Source: a virus. From it: a stretch of 64,000 bases of DNA. A model generated the notes under the pieces. It saw nothing but the letters and a program-made list of their open reading frames with translations, searched no databases and was not told the origin of the DNA. Made by a program: the position numbers and the translations under genes. Positions 26,244-34,789 of this stretch are shown one piece after another. The DNA lies in IMG/VR virus record IMGVR_UViG_3300035492_000411, positions 6 to 64,005 of that record. One strand, written 5' to 3'. Numbering within the stretch: the stretch's first letter is position 1; the number at the start of each line of letters is the position of its first letter.

Positions 26244-27419
26244 TCAGGTTACTGCTGTTGTCAATCGGCGATCCAGCACTACAGACGTGCCGCGCTGGCC
26301 AGTGATCCCAGCCATCACGCCCGCATGCACCTCGGCCAGGTCGCCGCCGCTGGTGCCCATGACATAGCCGTTCTCGGCCAGCCACACAGCCACGGGCGAT
26401 CCGCCTGGAGAGGCGTTGCTGCCGACCACCTCGGCAGGGACAAGGATCGCGCTGCCGGGGATCGGCGCGCGCGACGCCTTGCGGGAAAGACTCAGGGCGC
26501 CCGGCTCCGCCCCGGCAAGGAAGGCGACGTGATCGACCTGCCCGACCCAAATGCCACCATCGACGGGTTGCACGAAGGTGATGCGCTGCGGCATCTGCAC
26601 GAAACCATGACGCTCATCGTGCAGATGGTAGGCCAGCGCTTCCGACCAGCGCAGCACGTTGCCGTTGGCGACCAGCAGGCGGCCGCGCCAGTATTTCAGA
26701 TACTTGCCAGTGGGCATGGGCGACAGGTGGCGGAACTGCGCCGGCCGGCCAAGATCCGGCAGCAAAGGCAGGCGGATGCCAGGCGACGCCAGGGCGTAGT
26801 CGCCGGCCAGCAACAGCTCGCCGCCGTTCTGCCTGGTCAGGTACAGTCGCGCGCCGGTCACGCTGGCATCCAGGCACATCGGCAAGGTGACGGACAGCGC
26901 GCCCGCATCACCCACCTCAGTAAACGCGATCTCCGACTGTGCCGACTCCTGCGCTCCGCGCAGCCAGGCCACTGCCACGCCGTAGGTGCCGGCCGGCAGC
27001 GATCCGCTCTCAGCCATCACGAACGGCGGCGCCGGGGTGTCCAGGGTCAAGCGCTGGGCTACGCTGCCGTCGAAGGTGAAGATCCCGGCCGGCGCCGCGA
27101 CAACCACCTGGTTGTTCAGCACCTCATGCGCAGCATCGCCATCGCCCACGGCGGCCAGCACCCGATGCAACCAGGTGGATGGATCGACCTTCACCCAGTC
27201 AGTGCCCAGCGTGGCAAAGGTGTCTCCATGCAGCGGGCTCTGCCACAGGTTGCGGTAGCGCTGCGCCGTGACCAGGCGAGCGCCTGGGCGAATCTCGGCC
27301 TTGCCAGCCGGGGTCACGTTGACGTTCAGCGCATCGCGCACAAACAGGCGCTCGCCCTGCAGTGCGGCGTCTTCGCCGACGTTGTTGATGCCGGCCAGCG
27401 GCATGATCGGAGTGTCCAT
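26244..27419 (-). CDS. Putative tail (nozzle/tubular-like) protein
   Basis: Start MDTPIMPLAGINN at TGATG overlap; beta-rich. Confidence 0.65.
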   Translation of the reverse strand: MDTPIMPLAGINNVGEDAALQGERLFVRDALNVNVTPAGKAEIRPGARLVTAQRYRNLWQSPLHGDTFATLGTDWVKVDPSTWLHRVLAAVGDGDAAHEVLNNQVVVAAPAGIFTFDGSVAQRLTLDTPAPPFVMAESGSLPAGTYGVAVAWLRGAQESAQSEIAFTEVGDAGALSVTLPMCLDASVTGARLYLTRQNGGELLLAGDYALASPGIRLPLLPDLGRPAQFRHLSPMPTGKYLKYWRGRLLVANGNVLRWSEALAYHLHDERHGFVQMPQRITFVQPVDGGIWVGQVDHVAFLAGAEPGALSLSRKASRAPIPGSAILVPAEVVGSNASPGGSPVAVWLAENGYVMGTSGGDLAEVHAGVMAGITGQRGTSVVLDRRLTTAVT

Positions 27420-30118
27420 CAGAAGGCTCCTTTGCGGTGTTGGTCGGAGTTTCCGTCCGGCCTTATGTACTGACGCAGCACGCGCGCATCGTGATAGCCG
27501 AATCGAGCAGAGCTGTGCCCTTGCGTCACAATCCGGCGGCTCGGGTACTTCTCGATTTCGCGGCGGGTAACGCGCATGCGAGCCGCAAAGTCGTTGATGT
27601 CGTAGCCGATGGCCATGCCATCGAAGCCCTGTATGCGCGCCTCGCGGACGCGATACGAGACAAAGGCCGTGCCGTAAACATCCGCCCGGTAGCCACCAGG
27701 GATGGTCGGCATCAGCGGGCCGACACGCAGCCCCTGCCACATATAGGGCTTGTCTCCCACCAGGCGCGTGCCCATGCGTTCGGCCAGGAAGCCGGACGCG
27801 GTGACGGTTCGGTTCTTGTGCTCCACGCGCGCCGCGCCGTACTCGGCGAAGTGGTAGCCGCCCGCCTTCTGCGTCTGGTTGCCGCGCGGAGGGCCGAAAG
27901 CTGCTTTTGCTGTGCCGAACAGAGTCGCCAGGAACGGCAGGTAGAAAGTCAGCTCAACCGTGCCAGGCACCATAGTCCGCCCCATGCGCAGGGAGTTGAT
28001 GCCGGCCGGCGCCACCACTGTCCGCCTGTTCTGCACCCTTGGGCTGGGCATCTCGTTGTTGTAAAGGGTATGCACCCACGGGATTCCGCTGGCCGGGAGA
28101 CTGCGATGCTGGTTGTTCACCTGCGCATTGCCCCACTGCACATCGGCGCCTCCCGCTCGGCGCCCGTCAATGACATGCAGCGGCCTGCCTGTGATGTTTG
28201 GGTGGTTCTGCATCGCCTGAGCCGGCGCCTCGGTCATCGCGTAGATAGTGAACGGGGACATCCTGTGCAATGGGGTGCGCTCGTTCTCGTAAGGCGCCTT
28301 GATCGCGTACTTATCCTCTGGGTCGGTGAGCACGATGTAGCGAATGCGCGCCTCGACACGCGGAGAAGCCACGGCCGTCAGGTTGTGGTAGCTGAAATTA
28401 ATGCGGATCACGTTGGATGTAACTCGCGCCATGCCCCACAAGGTCGCTGGGTCTTCCGACTTTGCGTATAGCACGCTCTGGTTCATTGCCGGCTCCGGCA
28501 CCTGCAGCTTTGGATCTACCTCGATGCCATTGCCGTCGCCTTCGGCGCCCGTGAGCGGATTAACCGGCCCGCGTAGGCTGATGGTCTGCTCGGTGTAGGG
28601 CGGAGCGCCGGTTTTTGTCACCTTGAGCTTGTCGCTGATCACGGCCGAACTGATCCCGGCCAGCGGCAGAGCGCGGTCGCGGTAGGCGATACCTGGGCGC
28701 GGAATGATTTGTGTGAATGCTTCGCCGGTGGTCACGCGCCGCCATTGCAGGCGCACCAGGGCAGCGCCGAACTCTTCCGAGTTGCGCCCGCGCGTCACCA
28801 GCTCCGGCGTCAGATTGCGCACGCGCGGTTCGCCGTAGGCATCGGCCAGCGTCCAGCGTGGCGCGATGATGTTGCGGTGAATCGACAGGAAGGGCGTGCC
28901 GATCCTGGCCATGTCGGCGCCAATGGGATCAACGTAGCGCCGGCGAAGTTTCAGCTCTGGCAGCGGGATTACTGGCGCCGCAAGGCCCGCTGCGCCCGTC
29001 AGGTCTATCGAGCGCACACCAAAGGCCACCATCGGATAGCCGAACCAGCGGCTGTCCCAGCCGGTGAACTGGAAGTAGCGGCGCGTATTGACCAGCGAAG
29101 GCACGCCAAACAGCTTGGCGTCATAGCCCTTGCCGCCGAGCACGCGAGCGTCATTCAGCACGGTAAGCCAGTTGCTCAGATAAGGCGGCTCGATGCCGGC
29201 CAGCGGCAGGAAGCGCCGCCCGTAGGCCACCATGCCAGCCTTATAGTCGGCCGGCATGCTCGGGGCGGCAATGGAGCTAGGCAGGATCGCCCTGGCGGTG
29301 TTGTAGATGCCCGCGTCGCCATAGCGCGCCGCATTCTGGCCGAACACGCTCACCAGGCGATTGCGATTGCTGATGGCCGTCCACTGCGACCACGGCGGCG
29401 GGTTAAGGCCGCTATCCGGGTCGTAGCTCATCGTGACGTACTGGCGCAGGTTCCAGGTGCGCGCCACGCCCCAGCGCAGCGCCTCCTGGGTTCCGCCCGT
29501 GGCAAATCCGGCAGGCCGCACGATCTGCCGCAGGTTCCAGATCAGCGCCTGCCCGTAGCCACCTGCAAAGCCCAATGGGTAGAGGCGCTGAATCTCCGGC
29601 ACCACGCGCGTGCCGAACAGCGTCGCCACGAAGCCGACCGGCAGCAGAAAGCGCAGGCCGCCAACCGTATGCGCAGTGGCATACTCCATATGGATGCTGG
29701 CCGGCGTGACATAGCGCTTCGCCAGGGTGAGTCTTGCCGTGCCTATGCCGGCAACTGTTGGCGCAGTCGGCGCCAGGTAGCGCCGGTAGTGCTCCACGCG
29801 CTGCGTGCCGTAGCGATCCGCCACGATACTGGCCGGGCGCGCGTAGGCGTTGCGATTGATGATTGTCGGACGGCCATAGCCATTGGCCGGCGCAATGCCG
29901 CGCCCAGGCAGATCGACAAACAGCGAGGCCAGGCGAATGCTTGTCGCCCCAATCGAAGCCGCGTCGAAACCAGGTGGGAAGGAATACTGATCGGTGCCGA
30001 CCGGAGGGCCGCCGCCAGGGGCGAACTCCAGGGCGACCATGCTGCCGTTGGGCGGCGTATAGCTCCCCGCATTGAAGTCGAGCGCGACCTCATCACCCTG
30101 CGGCGGGACGTAGGACAC
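27419..30118 (-). CDS. Repetitive tail protein (899 aa)
   Basis: Recurring G...(Y/F)G.(P/A).(I/V).N..R.(I/V).P.G units. Confidence 0.7.
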   Translation of the reverse strand: MSYVPPQGDEVALDFNAGSYTPPNGSMVALEFAPGGGPPVGTDQYSFPPGFDAASIGATSIRLASLFVDLPGRGIAPANGYGRPTIINRNAYARPASIVADRYGTQRVEHYRRYLAPTAPTVAGIGTARLTLAKRYVTPASIHMEYATAHTVGGLRFLLPVGFVATLFGTRVVPEIQRLYPLGFAGGYGQALIWNLRQIVRPAGFATGGTQEALRWGVARTWNLRQYVTMSYDPDSGLNPPPWSQWTAISNRNRLVSVFGQNAARYGDAGIYNTARAILPSSIAAPSMPADYKAGMVAYGRRFLPLAGIEPPYLSNWLTVLNDARVLGGKGYDAKLFGVPSLVNTRRYFQFTGWDSRWFGYPMVAFGVRSIDLTGAAGLAAPVIPLPELKLRRRYVDPIGADMARIGTPFLSIHRNIIAPRWTLADAYGEPRVRNLTPELVTRGRNSEEFGAALVRLQWRRVTTGEAFTQIIPRPGIAYRDRALPLAGISSAVISDKLKVTKTGAPPYTEQTISLRGPVNPLTGAEGDGNGIEVDPKLQVPEPAMNQSVLYAKSEDPATLWGMARVTSNVIRINFSYHNLTAVASPRVEARIRYIVLTDPEDKYAIKAPYENERTPLHRMSPFTIYAMTEAPAQAMQNHPNITGRPLHVIDGRRAGGADVQWGNAQVNNQHRSLPASGIPWVHTLYNNEMPSPRVQNRRTVVAPAGINSLRMGRTMVPGTVELTFYLPFLATLFGTAKAAFGPPRGNQTQKAGGYHFAEYGAARVEHKNRTVTASGFLAERMGTRLVGDKPYMWQGLRVGPLMPTIPGGYRADVYGTAFVSYRVREARIQGFDGMAIGYDINDFAARMRVTRREIEKYPSRRIVTQGHSSARFGYHDARVLRQYIRPDGNSDQHRKGAF

Positions 30119-30120
30119 GC

Positions 30121-30738
30121 TCAGCCACCAAGCGTCATGGGTTGCACATTGGCGGCTATCACGTCGTTCTGACCATCCAGCCGTCCAATGATGTCGAATT
30201 TAAGATCAGGATTTAGGCCGCTGATGATCCAGGTGCCATCTGCTGCCGACTCGGTGGACGCCACCAGCAGCCCGTCACCTGGCTCTCCACCGGCTGGCCG
30301 GTAATGCGCGCGCACCGTAGCGGCCACTGGAACGCCGTTGAGCGTGGTGATTCCGCCAGGGAAGCTGCCGGACAGGTAGCCGTCACCCTGCAGGAGGTGT
30401 CGCGGGAACGACTCTCCGATGTCGATTGTATAGGTGCCGGCGCCAGGGATCGCCATGTACTGAGCATGCACCTTGGCCGGTGGCGTTGCGTCCTCGGCGA
30501 ATACCACCCACCCCGGCTGGTCGACCAGCTCCTGACGAAGGATGCTCACGAACGGCGTGAACTCACCCGCCAGCGCCTCCTGCGCGATCTCTCCCTGCCC
30601 GGCGGCGTTGAAGCTCCGGCAGACACGCAGGTACTTCACCCCAGGCGTCACAAGGCCATCGCGGAGAATCCTAAAGCGGATCGAATCCCGAGGGTATGTG
30701 ACCAGGGTTAGGACTGGCGGAACGAAGAATGCAGGCAT
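30121..30738 (-). CDS. Tail-fibre-associated protein
   Basis: C-terminal beta-sandwich-like ..LVASTESAADGTWIISGLNP..; coupled to the fibre gene. Confidence 0.65.
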   Translation of the reverse strand: MPAFFVPPVLTLVTYPRDSIRFRILRDGLVTPGVKYLRVCRSFNAAGQGEIAQEALAGEFTPFVSILRQELVDQPGWVVFAEDATPPAKVHAQYMAIPGAGTYTIDIGESFPRHLLQGDGYLSGSFPGGITTLNGVPVAATVRAHYRPAGGEPGDGLLVASTESAADGTWIISGLNPDLKFDIIGRLDGQNDVIAANVQPMTLGG

Positions 30739-31784
30739 TACCAGTACGCCGGGTTGTCAGTCACGATAAAAGCCCCGCGCCCGCCGACGTGCGCTATCAG
30801 AGGGAGATACAGGCTACCTTCCACTAGCGGGGTCAGATTCAAGATCGTGTCCCCCGTGTAGTCGGAGCTGGTCAGAGCACCTTCAATCTGCCGCCGCGTC
30901 AGGTTTGAGTAGTTGCGGGCCATGAGGTGGTCTCGCCGGATGCCCCTGAGCCCAGGCTGCGGCTGGCCTGCAGCCACCCAGCGAACCAGCCCCATCTCGA
31001 TGGATGGCATGACCGAGATCGGGCTGTTCGCCAAATAGGTGAGCATGCCGTTCGAGATGTGGGTGGTGTAGACGAAATTGCTCTCGTAGGCACTCTCCAG
31101 CAACGCGCTGATGCCTGTGGTATCCACCAACAGGCCGGACACCGGATTCCTCAGCGTGGTGAAGGCCAGGCGGTCGAAGTACAGCATGGGTTGGGTAACA
31201 GGGGCGGTGGCTCTAAAGCCACCTACAGCGATGTGGTTCCCCCCCAGATCATCACCCACATAGAGCGTGCCGTTGCCGTTCTGCGAGTCAATGTTGACTC
31301 CTGATACGCTCGAGGCCGTGCTGGCGAAAGGCGCCTGCATAAAGATGAAGGTTCGCTCGTCCGCCAACATCACCCACCGCGAGTGGCTGTACCAGTAGAA
31401 GAGGTCAGAACCAAAGTGCACGGGCAGCGTGGCAGCACCCGATGTGCCGGATACCACCCCCTGCCCTTGGGGCACGCCACTTGAGTTGATCCCTGTATAA
31501 GTGGCATGCAGGTAGACACGAAACGTCCCGTGATAGGCGAGGTTCGTCGAGTTCTGGTAGTAGCCGCTGCTGATCGTGACGTAATTGCCGGAGGCGTTGC
31601 GCAGCACCAGGAACTGGTCGCCCTCATCTACCAGCGTCCAGCCAGCCGCAGGGCGCGATCCGTAGCCGTCCACCAGACAGGCCTTGAAGATCAACTTGTA
31701 GTTGTTGAACCGTTGTAGTGAGGAGATGGGAGTGATGTAGAACGCCGGCAAGCCGGCGTCCTTGGAGCTGTAAACACGAGGCAT
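30738..31784 (-). CDS. Tail fibre/receptor-binding protein
   Basis: N-terminus VYSSKDAG..FKACLVDGYGSRPAAGWT resembles Pseudomonas phage fibre proteins; divergent codon usage. Confidence 0.6.
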   Translation of the reverse strand: MPRVYSSKDAGLPAFYITPISSLQRFNNYKLIFKACLVDGYGSRPAAGWTLVDEGDQFLVLRNASGNYVTISSGYYQNSTNLAYHGTFRVYLHATYTGINSSGVPQGQGVVSGTSGAATLPVHFGSDLFYWYSHSRWVMLADERTFIFMQAPFASTASSVSGVNIDSQNGNGTLYVGDDLGGNHIAVGGFRATAPVTQPMLYFDRLAFTTLRNPVSGLLVDTTGISALLESAYESNFVYTTHISNGMLTYLANSPISVMPSIEMGLVRWVAAGQPQPGLRGIRRDHLMARNYSNLTRRQIEGALTSSDYTGDTILNLTPLVEGSLYLPLIAHVGGRGAFIVTDNPAYW

Positions 31785-32095
31785 CAGCTAGCCCTGCCTT
31801 CATCTGCGATCAAGCTGGCGTTGCTCGCCAGATTCCCAAGCGGGTCTTCATCCGGCCAGTACCCTTTCTCGCTATGCCACTGGCAATACTCGTCAAACAG
31901 CTCGGGCTGCGGCTTGAAGCTGGCCATGTTGGTCACGCCATGCCGCTCGGCCATGAACATCTGGAACGCCGGCAGGCCAAGGACGCGACCCCACGGGATT
32001 GCGGCAGGCATCTGCGTCTTCGCGTCGAAGGCAACAAAGCCCTCCACGCCGACGCGGATCGGCTCGGGCTTGGTCGCTTGCTCGGTGGTACTCAT
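31784..32095 (-). CDS. Hypothetical protein (103 aa)
   Basis: GGAG SD, coupled to the next gene. Confidence 0.7.
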   Translation of the reverse strand: MSTTEQATKPEPIRVGVEGFVAFDAKTQMPAAIPWGRVLGLPAFQMFMAERHGVTNMASFKPQPELFDEYCQWHSEKGYWPDEDPLGNLASNASLIADEGRAS

Positions 32096-32119
32096 TGCAC
32101 ACTCCTGCGCGCAGGCGCC

Positions 32120-32527
32120 TTAGACCTTGAAGATTTTGTTGGTGCCGTTGTCCCAGGTGACGATGATGTCGCCGCCGTTGGGGGTGATCGGCAGGCCGGT
32201 TGCCGTGTCGATGTAGGCGATCAGCGGGCTGGTCGCCTCGGTTCCGGTGTCGGCATAGATGATGATGGCCTCGATGGAGGCGCCGGAGACGCTGGTAAAG
32301 GTCACGTCCGCTCCGTCTGCTGCGCCGCCGGTGGTGGCCTTGCTGGTCAGCGTGACGGGGCCAGCGATACGCGCAGAGATCGGGATGTCCGCCAGATACT
32401 GGTGAACGGCGGTCTGCGGCGTGTAGGCGCCGGTATCAACCAGGATCACCTTGATGGTGTCGGTCATCCAGTTGATCTGAGCCTCAAGGAAGCGCTGGCG
32501 GGCGAAGTCGAAAAGCGTGTTAGCCAT
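32120..32527 (-). CDS. Conserved small tail/virion protein
   Basis: MANTLFDFARQRFLEAQINW..DTIKVILVD..PNGGDIIVTWDNG. Confidence 0.8.
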   Translation of the reverse strand: MANTLFDFARQRFLEAQINWMTDTIKVILVDTGAYTPQTAVHQYLADIPISARIAGPVTLTSKATTGGAADGADVTFTSVSGASIEAIIIYADTGTEATSPLIAYIDTATGLPITPNGGDIIVTWDNGTNKIFKV

Positions 32528-32702
32528 GAGTGTTCTCCACAGATTCAGGAGCACTCATGCGCGCCGGGGGCTTGATTGGGGTGCCAGGGGTGGCCTCGAT
32601 GAGCAGGCGCGCCACCTGGCCGGACTTCTTCTCCAGGCGAATCACGGCATCACCGACGATAAGCGCCTGTCCGGGCTTTAGGTCAACGTGCATCTTGGTC
32701 AT
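32520..32702 (-). CDS. CsrA/RsmA-fold-like small protein
   Basis: PGQALIVGDAVIRLEKKSGQVARLLIEA aligns with CsrA [28 protein letters not shown]. Confidence 0.55.
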   Translation of the reverse strand: MTKMHVDLKPGQALIVGDAVIRLEKKSGQVARLLIEATPGTPIKPPARMSAPESVENTHG

Positions 32703-33376
32703 GGCCAGAACGCCTCCACATGCTGCGGCACGTCCTCACGGGTCGCGCGGCGAAGATCGGCGCTCGGGCGCAGGCCGAAGTAGTCTTCAAAGGCTCGCTC
32801 TGCCTGGGCCGAGCGGTTCGGGTCGAATGCTTCCATATCCGGCACAGAGAAGCCCTTGTGCAGCGCCCACTGGATTAGGTGGCGGTGATGCTCGCGGTGA
32901 ATCGCCGGCTCGGCGGTGTTCTTGTTGGCAAGCGCCATGCCGGCCAGCGGCGTGCGATAGCATTCCAGCTTGAGCGTGGCAGCCTGCTCCGGGCTTGGCA
33001 CCAGGCGCAAGTCGGTGTCGCCCTGGATCGCGTACAGCGGGCACCCCACTTCGCCCCGCCAGCCTGGGCGCTCGGCGTCCAGGCTCTCGGTCGAGTACAG
33101 CAGCAGCATGCTTGGGCGCGATCCGTCAGCCGGATACAGGCCCAGGTGGGTCAGCTCGTACAGTGCCGGGTGCAGCGGGTAGACCGCCTGGCCGGCTGTC
33201 ACGGCAATCTGGCACACGGCCGCGTCCTGGCTTTCGTGGATCAGTCGCGCGCGAATACATGCCTCGCTGACGGCATCATTCAGCCAGGAGGCAATATCCT
33301 CATCGCTCCAGAAATACGGCTCAGCCAGGTCGTGCGCTTCCGTGCGAACGCGGCGGATCAGCTCGGCCAGGGTCAT
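32699..33376 (-). CDS. Head-tail adaptor
   Basis: MTLAELIRRVR..D..EPYFWSDEDI..WLNDA pattern; position after head genes. Confidence 0.75.
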   Translation of the reverse strand: MTLAELIRRVRTEAHDLAEPYFWSDEDIASWLNDAVSEACIRARLIHESQDAAVCQIAVTAGQAVYPLHPALYELTHLGLYPADGSRPSMLLLYSTESLDAERPGWRGEVGCPLYAIQGDTDLRLVPSPEQAATLKLECYRTPLAGMALANKNTAEPAIHREHHRHLIQWALHKGFSVPDMEAFDPNRSAQAERAFEDYFGLRPSADLRRATREDVPQHVEAFWP

Positions 33377-34194
33377 TACTGCGCCCCGAAGCGGGTGATG
33401 TGCTGGGTGACGGTTTCGCGCATGTCCTCCAGCTTGTCGCGCATGTTCAGCTTGATGCCGAACTGAACCAGGGCGAACTCAGCCAGGCCGGCCTTGGTGC
33501 TGATCTGATTCATCTGGTCGATTACAGCGAAGTCTTGGCGCTCGGCCTCGCGCTTGTCGCTGGTCTTTGCGCCCTGCTCCAGTTGCTCGGCGGTGTCGTC
33601 ACCGGCCGCCACGGCGCCCTCCACCTGCTTGAACAGGTCGAGGTGGCGCAGCAGCTTGCGGGCGACGATCTGCGGCACGGAGCGCGCCTGGCCCTTGGTG
33701 AAGGTCAGGCCGCTGGAATACAGGGTGTCTTGCCAGTAGTCGCGGCGGCCGATGTACTGGACGCCGATGTAGCCGGCCTGCACGCCTTCGATAGCCAGGG
33801 TCGGCGACGGCAGGCTGGCCAGAGCCTTGGCCACAGCGTCTTCGGCGTCGGGAATATCCTTGAGCGCATGCACCACGGCGCGGAACAGATAGTCCTTGAC
33901 CTTCTGCTCGACGGGCAGCTCCTCGTAGGGCACGCAGCACGGGTGAGTCTTGGCGTCCGGGTCTTTCACCGCGCCGTACACCCAGCCGTCAGCGATCTTC
34001 TGCTCCAGCCAGCTCTCGTGGGCCTGCTCGGGCGTCGCGTCGGGGTTTGCCAGGTGCATCTCTACGCCGGCAATTGCCGACTGCTGTTGCCACTCAGGCG
34101 CATCGGCCCAAGTCGGCTGGGAAAGGTCGCCTTGCGAGGCGCAATAGGCCGCGTTGATCGCGTGAGCAATGGCGGCAATGGCGGTGATCTTCAT
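33376..34194 (-). CDS. RyR-domain protein fused to a C-terminal phage domain
   Basis: PEQAHESWLEQKIADGWVYG..KD...KTHPCCVPYEELP..QK.KD signature of the RyR repeat. Confidence 0.8.
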   Translation of the reverse strand: MKITAIAAIAHAINAAYCASQGDLSQPTWADAPEWQQQSAIAGVEMHLANPDATPEQAHESWLEQKIADGWVYGAVKDPDAKTHPCCVPYEELPVEQKVKDYLFRAVVHALKDIPDAEDAVAKALASLPSPTLAIEGVQAGYIGVQYIGRRDYWQDTLYSSGLTFTKGQARSVPQIVARKLLRHLDLFKQVEGAVAAGDDTAEQLEQGAKTSDKREAERQDFAVIDQMNQISTKAGLAEFALVQFGIKLNMRDKLEDMRETVTQHITRFGAQ

Positions 34195-34218
34195 GGGGAG
34201 TCCTACTCCTGCGGGATG

Positions 34219-34244
34219 AGAAAGAGCCGGCGAAGGGCCGGCTC
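34219..34244 (-). terminator. Intrinsic terminator after the cement gene
   Basis: GAGCCGGC-CCTTC-GCCGGCTC followed by TTTCT. Confidence 0.6.
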
Positions 34245-34253
34245 TATCAGGGC

Positions 34254-34727
34254 TTAGCGAGCGCCGACTTGCTCGCCGTACACCAGCACCTTGATGTCAC
34301 TGGCCTTGGCATTGGCCGCCACGGCAGTGGTCAGGATCAGGCGTGCCGGCTTGGCCAGGGTCAGCAGCTTGGTGCCGGTGGCACGCTTGCGGCCGGCAGC
34401 AGCCAGGTCGATGCCAGAGCCGAAGTAGGCCGCGTCCTGCGGCGCCTCGGTCGAGTCGGTGCCGTCTTCGTACTTGAAGCCGAGCGAGCCGGTGATGGTG
34501 GCGGTCATGCCGGTGGTGACAATGATCTGTGCGTCATCCAGGCGCAGACCTTCCGGCAGCGGGCCAAGGTCGATCACGTCACCGACTGCAATCGCGGCAG
34601 TCGAGTCGGAATCGGCGGCGGCGCCGCTTGCCAGGGTGGCCAGGGCGAAGGACAGCACGGACAGATTGCCGTAGGGGGTGTTGCCGAACTGGCGCTTGAG
34701 CGCGCTTTTCAGGGATACGGTAGCCAT
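34254..34727 (-). CDS. Capsid cement/decoration protein
   Basis: 157 aa beta-rich, GDVIDLGPLPEG motif, directly after the capsid gene. Confidence 0.65.
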   Translation of the reverse strand: MATVSLKSALKRQFGNTPYGNLSVLSFALATLASGAAADSDSTAAIAVGDVIDLGPLPEGLRLDDAQIIVTTGMTATITGSLGFKYEDGTDSTEAPQDAAYFGSGIDLAAAGRKRATGTKLLTLAKPARLILTTAVAANAKASDIKVLVYGEQVGAR

Positions 34728-34789
34728 AAAAGGAGCCTCGTCTGAGTGAAGGAATGGGCGGGGTTAGCCGCCCATCGCGTCAGGGTGGG

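Noticed and set aside
30121-31784. Diversity-generating retroelement or invertible fibre cassette
   Set aside because: No reverse transcriptase, invertase, or duplicated template/variable repeat seen in the window
34239-34256. CCCTGATAGAGCC, similar to the late promoter motif
   Set aside because: Has a 1-nt insertion that breaks the palindrome and overlaps the terminator stem
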